DNA of 64,000 bases from assembly GCA_964016885.1 (NCBI GenBank), contig OZ024760.1:32922001-32986000 (forward strand). Reading direction: 5' to 3'. The first letter of the stretch is position 1, and every line of letters starts with the position of its first letter. Under the pieces are notes generated by a model that did no database searches, was not told the DNA's origin, and worked only from the letters and a program-made list of their open reading frames with translations. This document shows, in pieces, positions 28,221 to 44,300 of the stretch. This DNA comes from Eledone cirrhosa (lineage: Eukaryota). The position numbers and the translations under genes were made by a program.

Positions 28221-31200
28221 GCCAACAGACTGGTCATCTGACCAACAGACTGGTCATCTCACCCACAGACTGGTCATCTCACCAACAGACTTGTCATCTC
28301 ACCAACAGACTGGTCATCTGACCAACAGACTGGTCATCGGACCAACAGACTGGTCATCTGACAAACAGACTGGTCATCTGACCAACAGACTGGTCTTCTG
28401 ACCAACAGACTGGTCATCTGACCAACAGACTGGTCATCTCACCAACAGACTGGTCATCTAACTCAGAGACTGGTCATCTGACAAACAGACTGGTCATCTG
28501 ACCAACAGACTGGTCATCTGACCAACAGACTGGTCATCTGACCAACAGACTGGTCATCTGACCCACAGACTGGTCATCTGACCAACAGATTGGTCATCTC
28601 ACCGACAGACTGGTCATCCGACCAACAGACTGGTCATCTGACCAACAGACTGGTCACCTGACCAATAGACTGGTCATCTGACCAACAGACTGGTCATCTC
28701 ACCCACAGACTTGTCATCTGACCAACAGACTGGTAATCTGACAAAGAAACTGGTCATCGGACCAACAGACTGGTCATCTGACGAACAGACTGGTCATCTC
28801 ACTAACAGACTGGTCATCTGAACAACAGATTGTTCTTCTCACCAACAGACTGGTCATCGGACACACAGACTGGTCATCTGACCAACAAACTGGTCATCTG
28901 ACCAACAGACTGGTCATCTCTCACACAGACTGGTCATCTCACCAACAGATTGGTCATCTGACAAACAGACTGGTCATCTGACCAAGAGACTGGTCATCTG
29001 ACAAACAGACTGGTCATCTGACCAACAGACTGGTCATCTGACGAACAGACTGGTCATCTCACCAACAGAATGGTCATCTGACCAACAGACTGGTCATCTC
29101 ACCCACTGACTGGTCATCTCACCAACAGACTGGTCATCTGATAAACAGACTGGTCATCTGACCAACAGAATGGTCATCTGAACAACAGACTGGTCATCTC
29201 ACCCACTGACTGGTCATCTTACCAACAGACTGGTCATCTCACCAACAGACTGGTCATCGGACCAACAGACTGGTCATCTGACCAACAGACTGGTCATCTG
29301 ACAAACAGACTGGTCATATGACCAACAGACTGGTCATCTGACGAACAGACTGGTAATCTCACCAACAGACTGGTCCTCTGACCAACAGACTGGTCATCTG
29401 ACAAACAGACTGGTCATCTGACCAACAGACTGGTCATCTGACCAACAGACTGGTCATCTGACCAACAGACTGGTCATCTCACTAACAGACTGATCATCAG
29501 ACCAACAAACTGTTCATATCACCAACAGACTGGTCATCTGACCAACAGACTGTTCATCTGACAAACAGACTGGTCATCTGACCAACAGACTGGTCATCTG
29601 ACCAACAGACTGGTCATCTCACCAACAGACTGGTCATCTCACCAACAGACTGGTCATCTCACCAACAGACTGATAATCTCACCAACAGACTGGTCATCTC
29701 ACCAACAGAGTGATCATCAGACCAACAAACTGTTCATCTCACCAACAGACTGGTCATCTGACGAACAGACTGGTCATCTCACCCACAGACTGGACATCTC
29801 ACCAACAGACTGGTCATCTAACCAACAGACTGGTCATCTGACCAACAGATTGGTCATCTCACCAAAAGACTGGTCATCTGATCAACAGACTGGTCATCTG
29901 ACAAACAGACTGGTCATCTGACCAACAGACTGTCATCTCACCAACACACTGGTCATCTGACCAACAGGTTGGTCTTTTGACCAACAGATTGGTCATCTCA
30001 CCAACAGACTAGTGATCTCACCAACAGATTGATCATCAGGCCAACAAATTGTTCATCTCACCAACAGACTGGTCATCTGACGAACAGACTGGTCATCTCA
30101 CCCACAGACTGGTCATCTCAGCAACCGACTGGTCATCTCACCAACAGACTGGTCATCTGACCAACAGATTGGTCATCTCACCAACAGACTGGTCATCTGA
30201 CAAACAGACTGGTCATATGACCAACAGACTGGTCATCTGACGAACAGACTGGTAATCTCACCAACAGACTGGTCATCTGACCAACAGACTGGTCATCTGA
30301 CGAACAGACTGGTCATCTCACCCACAGACTGGTCATCTCACCAACAGACTGGTCATCTGATCAACAGCCTGGTCATCTGACAAACAGACTGGTCATATGA
30401 CCAACAGACTGGTCATCTCACCAACAGACTGGTCATCTGACCAACAGACTGGTAATCTGACCAACAGACTGGTCAGCTGACCAACAGATTGGTCATCTCA
30501 CCAACAGACTGGTCATCTGACCTACAGACTGGTCATCTGACAAACAGACTGGTCATCTGACCAACAGACTGGTCATCTGACGAACAGACTGGTCATCTCA
30601 CCCACAGACTGCTCATCTCACCAACAGACTTGTCATCTCACCAACAGACTGGTCATCTGACCAACAGACTGGTCATCTGACCAACAGACTGGTCATCTGA
30701 CAAACAAACTGGTCATCTGACCAAGAGACTGGTCATCTGAATAACAGACTGGTCATCTGACCAACAGACTGGTCATCTCACCAACAGACTGGTCATCTGA
30801 CTCACAGACTGGTCATCTCACCAACAGACTAGTCATCTCACCAACAGACTGCTCATCTGACCAACAGACTGGTCTTCTGACCAACAGAATGGTCATGTCA
30901 CCAACAGACTGGTCATCTCACCAACAGACTGGACATCTGACCCACAGACTGGTCATTCGACCAACAGACTGGTCATCTGACCAACAGAATGGTCATCTGA
31001 CCAACAGACTGGTCATCTGACCAACAGACTGGTCATCTGACCAACAGATTGGTCATCTCACCAACAGACTGGTCATCTGATCAACAGACTGGTCATCTGA
31101 CAAACAGACTGGTCTTCTGACCAACAGACTGGTCATCTCACCCACAGACTGGTCATCTCACCAACAGACTTGTCATCTCACCAATAGACTGGTCATCTTA

Positions 31201-31509
31201 CCAACAGACTGGTCATCTGACTCACAGACTGGTCATCTGACAAACAGACTGGTCATCTGACCAACAGACTGGTCATCCGACCAACAGACTGGTCACCTGA
31301 TCAACAGACTGGTCATCTGACCAACAGACTGGACATCTCACCCACAGACTGGTCATCTCACCAACAAACTTGTCATCTCACCAACAGACTGGTCATCTGA
31401 CCAACAGACTGGTCATCTGACCAACAGACTGGTCATCTGACAAACAGACTGGTCATCGGAACAACAGACTGGTCATCTGACGAACAGACTGGTCATCTCA
31501 CCAACAGAC

Positions 31510-34500
31510 TGGTCATCGGACCAACAGATTGGTCATCTCACCAACAGACTGGTCATCTGACAAACAGACTGGTCATATGACCAACAGACTGGTCATCTGA
31601 CGAACAGACTAGTCATCTCACCCACAGACTGGTCATCTCACCAACAGACTGGTCATCTGATCAACAGACTGGTCATCTGACAAAAACTGGTCATCTGACC
31701 AACAGACTGGTCATCTCACCAACAGACTGGTCATCTGACCAACAGACTGGTCTTCTGATCAACAGACTGGTCATCTCACCAACAGACTAGTCATATCACC
31801 AACAGACTGGTCATCTGTCCAACAGACTGGTCATCTGCCGAACAGACTGGTCATCTGACCAACAGACTGGTCATTTGACCAACAGATTGGTCATCTCACC
31901 AACAGACTGGTCATCTGATCAACAGACTGGTCATCTGACAAACAGACTGGTCATCTGACCAACAGACTGGTCATCTCACCAACAGACTGGTCATCTGACC
32001 AACAGACTGGTCATCTGACAAACAGACTGGTCATCTGACCAACAGACTGGTCATCTGACCATCAGACTGGTCATCTAACCAACAGACTGTTCATCTCACC
32101 CACTGACTGGTCATCTCACCAACAGACTGGTCATCTCACCAACAGACTGGTCATCTCACCAACAGACTGGTCATCTGACCTACAGACTGGTCATCTGACA
32201 AACAAAATGGTCATATGACCAACATACTGGTCATCTGACGAACAGACTGGTAATCTCACCAACAGACTGGTCATCTGACCAACAGTCTGGTCATCTGACC
32301 AACAGACTGGTCATCTCACCAACAGACTGATCATCAGACGAACAAACTGTTCATCTCACCAACAGACTGGTCATCTCACCAACAGACTGGTCATCTGACC
32401 AACAGACTGGTCATATGACCAACAGACTGGTCATCTGACCAACAGACTGGTCATCTCACCAACAGACTGATCATCAGACCAACAAACTGTTCATCTCACC
32501 AACAGACTGGCCATCTGAATAACAGACTGGTCCTCTGACCAACAGACTGGTCATCTGACCAACAGACTGGTCATCTCACCAACAGACTGGTCATCTCACC
32601 AACAGACTGATCATCAGACCAACAAACTGTTCATCTCACCAACAGACTGGTCATCTCACCAACAGACTGGTCATCTGACGAACAGACTGGTCATCTCACC
32701 AACAGACTGGTCATCTCACCAACAGACTGGTCATCTGACCAACAGACTGGTGATCTCACCAACAGACTAGTCATCTCACCAACAGACTGTACATCTGACC
32801 CCCAGACTGGTCCTCTGACCAACAGACTGGTCATCTGACCAACAGACTGGTAATCTGACCTACAGACTGGTCCTCTGACCAACAGATTGGTCATCTCACC
32901 AACAGACTGGTCATCTGACCAACAGACTTGACATCTCACCAACAGACTTGTCATCTGACCAACAGACAGGTCATCTGACCAACAGACTGGTCATCTGACA
33001 AACAGACTGGTCATCTGACCAACAGACTGCTCATCTGACCAACAGATTGGTCATCTGACCAACAGACTGGTCATCTGACTCACAGACTGGTCATTTGACA
33101 AACAGACTGGTCATCTGACCAACAGACTGGTCATCTGACCAACAGACTGGTCTTCTGACCCACAGACTGGTCATGTGACCCACAGACTGGTCATCTCACC
33201 AACAGACTGGTCATCTCACCAACAGACTGGTCATCTGACCAACAGATTGTTCTTCTGACCAACAGACTGGTCATCTCACCAACAGACTGGTCATCTCACC
33301 AACAGATTGGTCATCTGACCAACAGACTGGTCATCTCACCAACAGACTGGACCTCTGACCCACAGACTGGTCATCCGACCAACAGATTGGTCATCTGACC
33401 AACAGACTGGTCATCTGACCAACAGACTGGTCATCTGACCAACAGACTCGTCATCTGACCCACAGACTGGTCATCTGTCCAACAGATTGGTCATCTCACC
33501 AACAGACTGGTCATCCGACCAACAGACTGTTCATCTGACCAACAGACTAGTCACCTGACCAACAGACTGGTCATCTCACCAACAGACTGGTCATCTCACC
33601 CACAGACTGGTCATCTCACCAACAGACTTGTCATCTCACAACCAGACGTGTCATTTGTCTAACAGACTGGTCATCTGACCAACAGACTGGTCATCTGACG
33701 AACAGACTGGTCATCTCACCAACAGACTGGTCATCTGACCAACAGATTGTTCTTCTCACCAACAGACTGGTCATCGGACACAGAGACAGGTCATCTGACC
33801 AACAGACTGGTCATCTGACAAACAGACTGGTCATCTGACCAACAGACTGGTCATCTGACCAACAGACTGGTTATCTGACGAACAGACTGGTCATCTCACC
33901 AACAGAATGGTCATCTGACCAACAGACTGGTCATCTCACCCACTGACTGGTCATCTCACCAACAGACTGGTCACCTGACAAACAGACCGGTCATCTGACC
34001 AACAGAATAGTCATCTGACCAACACTCTGGTCACCTCACCCACTGACTGGTCATCTCACCAAGAGACTCGTCATCTCACCAACAGACTGGTTATCTGACC
34101 AACAGACTGGTCATCTGACCAACAGACTGGTCATCTGACAAACAGACTGGTCATATGACCAACAGACTGGTCATCTGACGAACAGACTTATAATCTCACC
34201 AACAGACTGGTCATCTGACCAACAGACGGGTCATCTGACCAACAGACTGGTCATCTCACCAACAGACTGATCATCAGACCAACAAATTGTTCATCTCACC
34301 AACAAACTGGTCATCTGACAAACAGACTGGTCATCTGACCAACAGACTGGTCATCTGACCAACAGACTGGTCTTCTCACCAACAGACTGGTCATCTCACC
34401 AACAGACTGATCATCAGACCAACAAACTGTTCATCTCACCAACAGACTGGTCATCTCACGAACAGACTGGTCATCTGACCCACAGACTGGTCATCTGACC

Positions 34501-37500
34501 AACAGACTGGTCATCTGACGAACAGACTGGTCATCTCACCAACAGACTGGTCATCTCACCAACAGACTGGTCATCTGATTAACAGACTGGTCATCTGACC
34601 AACAGACTGGTCATCTGACCCACAGACTGGTCATCTGACCAACAGACTGGTCATCTAACGAACAGTCTGGTCATCTCACCAACAGACTGGTCATCTCACC
34701 AACAGACTGGTCATCTGACTAACAGACTGGTCTTCTGACCAACAGACTGGTTACCTGACCAACCGACTGGTCATCTGACGAACAGACTGGTCATCTGAAA
34801 AAGAGACTGGTCATCTCACCAACAGACTGGTCATCTCACCAACAGACTGGTCATCTGACTAACAGACTGGTCTTCTGACCAACAGACTGGTCATTTGACC
34901 AAGAGACTGTTCATCTCACCAACAGACTGGAAATCTGACTCACAGACTGGTCATCTCACCAACAGATTGGTCATCTGACCAACAGAGTGGTCATCTGAGC
35001 GACAGACTGGTCTTCTGACCAACAGACTGGTCATCTGACCAACAGACTAGTCATTTGACCAACAGACTGGTCTTCTGACCCCCAGACTGGTCATCTGACC
35101 AACAGACTGGTCATCTGACCAACAGACTGGTCTTCTGACTAACAGACTGGTCATCTGACCAACAGAGTGCTCATCTCACCAACAGACTGGTCATCTGACC
35201 AACAGACTGGACATCTGACCCACAGACTGGTCATCTGACCCACAGACTGGTCATCTCACCAACAGACTGGTCACCTGACAAACAGACCGGTCATCTGACC
35301 AACAGAATAGTCATCTGACCAACAGTCTGGTCATCTCACCCACTGACTGGTCATCTCACCAACAGACTAGTCATCGGACCAACAGATTGGTCATCTCACC
35401 AACAGACTGGTCATCTGACAAACAGACTGGTCATATGACCAACAGACTGGTCATCTGACGAACAGACTGGTAATCTCACCAACAGACTGGTCATCTGACC
35501 AACAGAGTGGTCATCTGACGAACAGACTGGTCATCTCACCCACAGACTGGTCATCTCACCAACAGACTGGTCATCTGATCAACAGACTGGTCATCTGACA
35601 AAAACTGGTCATCTGACCAACAGACTGGTCATCTCACCAACAGACTGGTCATCTGACCAACAGACTGGTCTTCTGATCAACAGACTGGTCATCTCACCAA
35701 CAGACTAGTCATATCACCAACAGACTGGTCATCTGTCCAACAGACTGGTCATCTGCCGAACAGACTGGTCATCTGACCAACAGACTGGTCATTTGACCAA
35801 CAGATTGGTCATCTCACCAACAGACTGGTCATCTGATCAACAGACTGGTCCTCTGACAAACAGACTGGTCATCTGACCAACAGACTGGTCATCTCACCAA
35901 CAGACTGGTCATCTGACCAACAGACTGGTCACCTGACAAACAGACTGGTCATCTGACCAACAGACTGGTCATCTGACCATCAGACTGGTCATCTAACCAA
36001 CAGACTGTTCATCTCACCCACTGACTGGTCATCTCACCAACAGACTGGTCATCTCACCAACAGACTGGTCATCTCACCAACAGACTGGTCATCTGACCTA
36101 CAGACTGGTCATCTGACAAACAAAATGGTCATATGACCAACATACTGGTCATCTGACGAACAGACTGGTAATCTCACCAACAGACTGGTCATCTGACCAA
36201 CAGACTGGTCATCTCACCAACAGACTGATCATCAGACGAACAACTGTTCATCTCACCAACAGACTGGTCATCTCACCAACAGACTGGTCATCTGACCAAC
36301 AGACTGGTCATCTGACCAACAGACTGGTCATCTGACCAACAGACTGGTCATCTCACCAACAGACTGATCATCAGACCAACAAACTGTTCATCTCACCAAC
36401 AGACTGGCCATCTGACAAACAGACTGGTCCTCTGACCAACAGACTGGTCATCTCACCAACAGACTGGTCATCTCACCAACAGACTGGTCATCTCACCAAC
36501 AGACTGATCATCAGACCAACAAACTGTTCATCTCACCAACAGACTGGTCATCTCACCAACAGACTGGTCATCTGACCAACAGACTGGTGATCTCACCAAC
36601 AGACTAGTCATCTCACCAACAGACTGTACATCTGACCCCCAGACTGGTCCTCTGACCAACAGACTGGTCATCTGACCAACAGACTGGTAATCTGACCTAC
36701 AGACTGGTCCTCTGACCAACAGATTGGTCATCTCACCAACAGACTTGTCATCTGACCAACAGACAGGTCATCTGACCAACAGACTGGTCATCTGACAAAC
36801 AGACTGGTCATCTGACCAACAGACTGCTCATCTGACCAACAGATTGGTCATCTGACCCACAGACTGGTCATGTGACCCACAGACTGGTCATCTCACCAAT
36901 AGACTGGTCATCTCACCAACAGACTGGTCATCTGACCAACAGATTGTTCTTCTGACCAACAGACTGGTCATCTCACAAACAGACTGGTCATCTCACCAAC
37001 AGATTGGTCATCTGACCAACAGACTGGTCATCTCACCAACAGACTGGACCTCTGACCCACAGACTGGTCATCCGACCAACAGATTGGTCATCTGACCAAC
37101 AGACTGGTCATCTGACCAACAGACTGGTCATCTGACCAACAGACTCGTCATCTGACCCACAGGCTGGTCATCTGTCCAACAGATTGGTCATCTCACCAAC
37201 AGACTGGTCATCCGACCGACAGACTGTTCATCTGACCAACAGACTAGTCACCTGACCAACAGACTGGTCATCTCACCAACAGGCTGGTCATCTCACCCAC
37301 AGACTGGTCATCTCACCAACAGACTTGTCATCTCACAAACAGACGTGTCATTTGTCTAACAGACTGGTCATCTGACCAACAGACTGGTCATCTGACGAAC
37401 AGACTGATCATCTCACCAACAGACTGGTCATCTGACCAACAGATTGTTCTTCTCACCAACAGACTGGTCATCGGACACAGAGACAGGTCATCTGACCAAC

Positions 37501-38860
37501 AGACTGGTCATCTGACAAACAGACTGGTCATCTGACCAACAGACTGGTCATCTGACCAACAGACTGGTTATCTGACGAACAGACTGGTCATCTCACCAAC
37601 AGAATGGTCATCTGACCAACAGACTGGTCATCTCACCCACTGACTGGTCATCTCACCAACAGACTGGTCACCTGACAAACAGACCGGTCATCTGACCAAC
37701 AGAATAGTCATCTGACCAACACTCTGGTCACCTCACCCACTGACTGGTCATCTCACCAACAGACTCGTCATCTCACCAACAGACTGGTTATCTGACCAAC
37801 AGACTGGTCATCTGACCAACAGACTGGTCATCTGACAAACAGACTGGTCATATGACCAACAGACTGGTCATCTGACGAACAGACTTATAATCTCACCAAC
37901 AGACTGGTCATCTGACCAACAGACGGGTCATCTGACCAACAGACTGGTCATCTCACCAACAGACTGATCATCAGACCAACAAATTGTTCATCTCACCAAC
38001 AAACTGGTCATCTGACAAACAGACTGGTCATCTGACCAACAGACTGGTCATCTGACCAACAGACTGGTCTTCTCACCAACAGACTGGTCATCTCACCAAC
38101 AGACTGGTCATCTCACCAACAGACTGGTCATCTGATTAACAGACTGGTCATCAGACCAACAGACTGGTCATCTGACCCACAGACTGGTCATCTGACCAAC
38201 AGACTGGTCATCTAACGAACAGTCTGGTCATCTCACCAACAGACTGGTCATCTCACCAACAGACTGGTCATCTGACTAACAGACTGGTCTTCTGACCAAC
38301 AGACTGGTCATTTGACCAACAGACTGTTCATCTCACCAACAGACTGGAAATCTGACCCACAGACTGGTCATCTCACCAACAGATTGGTCATCTGAACAAC
38401 AGATTGGTCATCTCACCAACAGACTGGACATCTGACTCACAGACTGGTCATCTCACCAACAGATTGGTCATCTGACCAACAGAGTGGTCATCTGACCGAA
38501 AGACTGGTCTACTGACCAACAGACTGGTCATCTGACCAACAGACTAGTCATTTGACCAACAGACTGGTCTTCTGACCCCCAGACTGGTCATCTGACCAAC
38601 AGACTGGTCATCTGACCAACAGACTGGTCTTCTGACGAACAGACTGGTCATCTGACCAACAGAGTGCTCATCTCACCAACAGACTGGTCATCTGACCAAC
38701 AGACTGGACATCTGACCCACAGACTGGTCATCTGACCCACAGACTGGTCATCTCACCAACAGACTGGTCACCTGACAAACGGACCGGTCATCTGACCAAC
38801 AGAATAGTCATCTGACCAACAGTCTGGTCATCTCACCCACTGACTGGTCATCTCACCAAC
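31510..38860. repeat. ~3.5-3.9-kb tandem segmental duplication (~31510-35380 vs ~35380-38860)
   Basis: Both copies share the 2-bp deletion monomer acaaaaactgg (~31680/~35598), tcatctgccgaac (~31831/~35749), acaaacaaaatgg...accaacatac, gtgtcatttgtcta (33648/37345) and acacagagacagg. The two minus-strand ORFs (32691-32954, 36528-36731) are the two copies. Confidence 0.88.
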
Positions 38861-41340
38861 AGACTCGTCATCTCACCAACAGACTGGTTATCTGACCAAC
38901 AGACTGGTCATCTGACCAACAGACTGGTCATCTCACCAACAGACTGGACATCTGACCCACAGACTGGTCATCTCACCAACAGATTGAGCATCTGAGCAAC
39001 AGACTGGTCATCTGACCAAGAGACTGGTCTTCTCACCAACAGACTGGTCTTCTGACAAACACACTGGTCATCTGACCCACAGACTGGTCATCTGACCCAC
39101 AGACTGGTCATCTCACCAACAGACTGGTCACCTGACAAACAGACCGGTCATCTGACCAACAGAATAGTCATCTGACCAACAGTCTGGTCATCTCACCCAC
39201 TGACTGGTCATCTCACCAACAGACTGGTCATCTCACCAACAGATTGGTCATCTGACCAACAGAGTGGTCATCTGACCGAAAGACTGGTCTACTGACCAAC
39301 AGACTGGTCATCTGACCAACAGACTAGTCATTTGACCAACAGACTGGTCTTCTGACCCCCAGACTGGTCATCTGACCAACAGACTGGTCATCTGACCAAC
39401 AGACTGGTCTTCTGACGAACAGACTGGTCATCTGACCAACAGAGTGCTCATCTCACCAACAGACTGGTCATCTGACCAACAGACTGGACATCTGACCCAC
39501 AGACTGGTCATCTGACCCACAGACTGGTCATCTCACCAACAGACTGGTCACCTGACAAACAGACCGGTCATCTGACCAACAGAATAGTCATCTGACCAAC
39601 AGTCTGGTCATCTCACCCACTGACTGGTCATCTCACCAACAGACTCGTCATCTCACCAACAGACTGGTTATCTGAGCAACAGACTGGTCATCTGACCAAG
39701 AGACTGGTCTTCTCACCAACAGACTGGTCTTCTGACAAACACACTGGTCATCTGACCCACAGACTGGTCATCTGACCCACAGACTGGTCATCTCACCAAC
39801 AGACTGGTCACCTGACAAACAGACCGGTCATCTGACCAACAGAATAGTCATCTGACCAACAGTCTGGTCATCTCACCCACTGACTGGTCATCTCACCAAC
39901 AGAATGGTCATCTCACCAACAGATTGGTCATCTGACCAACAGACTGGTCTTCTGACCAACAGACTGGTCATCTCACCAACAGACTGGTCATCTCACCAAC
40001 AGACTGGTCATCTGACCAACAGACTGGTCATCTGACAAACAGACTGGTCATCTGACCAACAGACTGGTCATCTGACCAACAGACTGGTCATCTCACCCAC
40101 ACACTGGTCATCTGACCAACAGACTGGACTTCTGACCAACAGATTGGTCATCTCACCAACAGACTGGTCATCTGACCAACAGACTGGTCATCTGACAAAC
40201 AGACTGGTCATCTGACCAACAGACTGGTCTTCTGACCAACAGACTGGTCATCTCACCAACAGACTGGTCATCTGACCAACAGACTGGTCATCTGACAAAC
40301 AGACTGGTCATCTGACCAACAGACTGGTCTTCTGACCAACAGACTGGTCATCTGACCAACAGAGTGCTCATCTCACCAACAGACTGGTCATCTGACCAAC
40401 AGACTGGACATCTGACCCACAGACTGGTCATCTGACCCACAGACTGGTCATCTCACCAACAGACCGGTCATCTGACCAACAGAATAGTCATCTGACCAAC
40501 AGTCTGGTCATCTCACCCACTGACTGGTCATCTCACCAACAGACTCGTCATCTCACCAACAGACTGGTTATCTGACCAACAGACTGGTCATCTGACCAAC
40601 AGACTGGTCATCTCACCAACAGACTGGACATCTGACCCACAGACTGGTCATCTCACCAACAGATTGAGCATCTGAGCAACAGACTGGTCATCTGACCAAG
40701 AGACTGGTCTTCTCACCAACAGACTGGTCTTCTGACAAACACACTGGTCATCTGACCCACAGACTGGTCATCTGACCCACAGACTGGTCATCTCACCAAC
40801 AGACTGGTCACCTGACAAACAGACCGGTCATCTGACCAACAGAAGAGTCATCTGACCAACAGTCTGGTCATCTCACCCACTGACTGGTCATCTCACCAAC
40901 AGAATGGTCATCTCACCAACAGATTGGTCATCTGACCAACAGACTGGTCTTCTGACCAACAGACTGGTCATCTCACCAACAGACTGGTCATCTCACCAAC
41001 AGACTGGTCATCTGACCAACAGACTGGTCATCTGACAAACAGACTGGTCATCTGACCAACAGACTGGTCATCTGACCAACAGACTGGTCATCTCACCCAC
41101 ACACTGGTCATCTGACCAACAGACTGGACTTCTGACCAACAGATTGGTCATCTCACCAACAGACTGGTCATCTGACCAACAGACTGGTCATCTGACAAAC
41201 AGACTGGTCATCTGACCAACAGACTGGTCTTCTGACCAACAGACTGGTCATCTCACCAACAGACTGGTCATCTCACCAACAGACTGGTCATCTGACAAAC
41301 AGACTGGTCATCTGACCAACAGACTGGTCTTCTGACCAAC
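38461..41340. repeat. Cluster of ~0.8-1.7-kb local duplications
   Basis: accgaaagactggtctactg at ~38495 and ~39275 (offset 780). agattgagcatctgagcaac at 38981 and 40661 (offset 1680). The accggtca...gaatagtca...agtctgg...cccactgac cassette recurs several times. Confidence 0.8.
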
Positions 41341-44300
41341 AGACTGGTCATCTCACCAACAGACTGGTCATCTGACCAACAGACTGGTCATCTCACCCAC
41401 AGACTGGTCATCTCACCAACAGACTTGTCATCTCACCAACAGACTGGTCATCTGACCAACAGACTGGTCATCGGACCAATAGACTGGTCATCTGACAAAC
41501 AGACTGGTCATCTGACCAACAGACTGGTCTTCTGACCAACAGACTGGTCATCTGACCAACAGACTGGTCATCTCACCAACAGACTGGTCATCTCACCAAC
41601 AGACTGGTCATCTAACTCAGAGACTGGTCATCTGACAAACAGACTGGTCATCTGACCAACAGACTGGTCATCTGACCAACAGACTGGTCATCTGACCAAC
41701 AGACTGGTCATCTGACCCACAGACTGGTCATCTCACCCACAGACTGGTCATCTCACCAATAGACTGGTCATCTGACCAACAGACTGGTCATCTGACCAAC
41801 AGACTGGTAATCTGACAAAGAAACTGGTCATCGGACCAACAGACTGGTCATCTGACGAACAGACTGGTCATCTCACTAACAGACTGGTCATCTGAACAAC
41901 AGATTGTTCTTCTCACCAACAGACTGGTCATCGGACACACAGACTGGTCATCTGACCAACAAACTGGTCATCTGACCAACAGACTGGTCATCTCTCCCAC
42001 AGACTGGTCATCTCACCAACAGACTGGTCATCTGACAAACAGACTGGTCATCTGACCAAGAGACTGGTCATCTGACAAACAGACTGGTCATCTGACCAAC
42101 AGACTGGTCATCTGACGAACAGACAGGTCATCTCACCAACAGAATGGTCATCTGACCAACAGACTGGTCATCTCACCCACTGACTGGTCATCTCAACAAC
42201 AGACTGGTCATCTGATAAATAGACTGGTCATCTGACCAACAGAATGGTCAGCTGAACAACAGACTGGTCATCTCACCCACTGACTGGTCATCTTACCAAC
42301 AGATTGGTCATCTCACCAACAGACTGGTCATCGGACCAACAGACTGGTCATCTGACCAACAGATTGGTCATCTGACAAACAGACTGGTCATGTGACCAAC
42401 AGACTGGTCATCTGACGAACAGACTGGTAATCTCACCAACAGACTGGTCATCTGACCAACAGACTGGTCATCTGACAAACAGACTGGTCATCTGACCAAC
42501 AGACTGGTCATCTGACCAACAGACTGGTCATCTGACCAACAGACTGGTCATCTCACTAACAGACTGATCATCAGACCAACAAACTGTTCATATCACCAAC
42601 AGACTGGTCATCTGACCAACAGACTGGTCATCTGACAAACAGACTGGTCATCTGACCAACAGACTGTCATCTGACCAACAGACTGGTCATCTCACCAACA
42701 GACTGGTCATCTCACCAACAGACTGGTCATCTCACCAACAGACTGATAATCTCACCAACAGACTGGTCATCTCACCAACAGAGTGATCATCAGACCAACA
42801 AACTGTTCATCTCACCAACAGACTGGTCATCTGACGAACAGACTGGTCATCTCACCCACAGACTGGTCATCTCACCAACAGACTGGTCATCTCACCCACA
42901 GACTGGTCATCTCACCAACAGACTGGTCATCTCACCAACAGACTGGTCATCTGATCAACAGACTGGTCATCTGACAAACAGACTGGTCATCTGACCAACA
43001 GACTGGTCATCTCACCAACAGACTGGTCATCTGACCAACAGGCTGGTCTTATCACCAACAGATTGGTCATCTCACCAACAGACTAGTGATCTCACCAACA
43101 GATTGATCATCAGGCCAACAAATTGTTCATCTCACCAACAGACTGGTCATCTGACGAACAGACTGGTGATCTCACCCACAGACTGGTCATCTCACCAACA
43201 GACTGGTCATCTAACCAACAGACTGGTCATCTGACCAACAGATTGGTCATCTCACCAACTGACTGGTCATCTGACAAACAGACTGGTCATATGACCAACA
43301 GACTGGTCATCTGACGAACAGACTGGTAATCTCACCAACAGACTGGTCTTCTGACCAAGAGAATGGTCATCTGACGAACAGACTGGTCATCTCACCCACA
43401 GACTGGTCATCTCACCAACAGACTGGTCATCTGATCAACAGACTGGTCATCTGACAAACAGACTGGTCATCTGACCAACAGACTGGTCATCTCACCAACA
43501 GACTGGTCATCTGACCAACAGACTGGTCTTCTGATCAACAGACTGGTCATCTCACCAACAGACTAGTCATCTCACCAACAGACTGGTCATCTGACCAACA
43601 GACTGGTAATCTGACCAACAGACTGGTCAGCTGACCAACAGATTGGTCATCTCACCAACAGACTGGTCATCTGATCAACAGACTGGTCATCTGACAAACA
43701 GACTGGTCATCTGACCAACAGACTGGTCATCTGACCAACAGACTGGTCATCTCACCCACAGACTGCTCATCTCACCAAGAGACTTGTCATCTCACCAACA
43801 GACTGGTCATCTGACCAACAGACTGGTCATCTGACCAACAGACTGGTCATCTGACAAACAGACTGGTCATCTGACCAAGAGACTGGTCATATGACTAACA
43901 GACTGGTCATCTGACCAACAGACTGGTCATCTCACCAACAGACTGGTCATCTGACTCACAGACTGGTCATCTCACCAACAGACTGGTCATCTCACCAACA
44001 GACTGCTCATCTGACCAACAGACTGGTCTTCTGACCAACAGAATGGTCATGTCACCAACAGACTGGTCATCTCACCAACAGACTGGTCATCTGACCAACA
44101 GACTGGTCTTCTGATCAACAGACTGGTCATCTCACCAACAGACTAGTCATCTCACCAACAGACTGGTCATCTGTCCAACAGACTGGTCATCTGCCCAACA
44201 GACTGGTCATCTGACCAACAGACTGGTCATTTGACCAACAGATTGGTCATCTCACCAACAGACTGGTCATCTGATCAACAGACTGGTCATCTGACAAACA

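Noticed and set aside
32691-36731. Two minus-strand ORFs (MTSLLVR…SVGE repeats)
   Set aside because: Chance substitutions remove the recurrent TGA, and the two ORFs are copies of one duplicated segment. There is no coding context.
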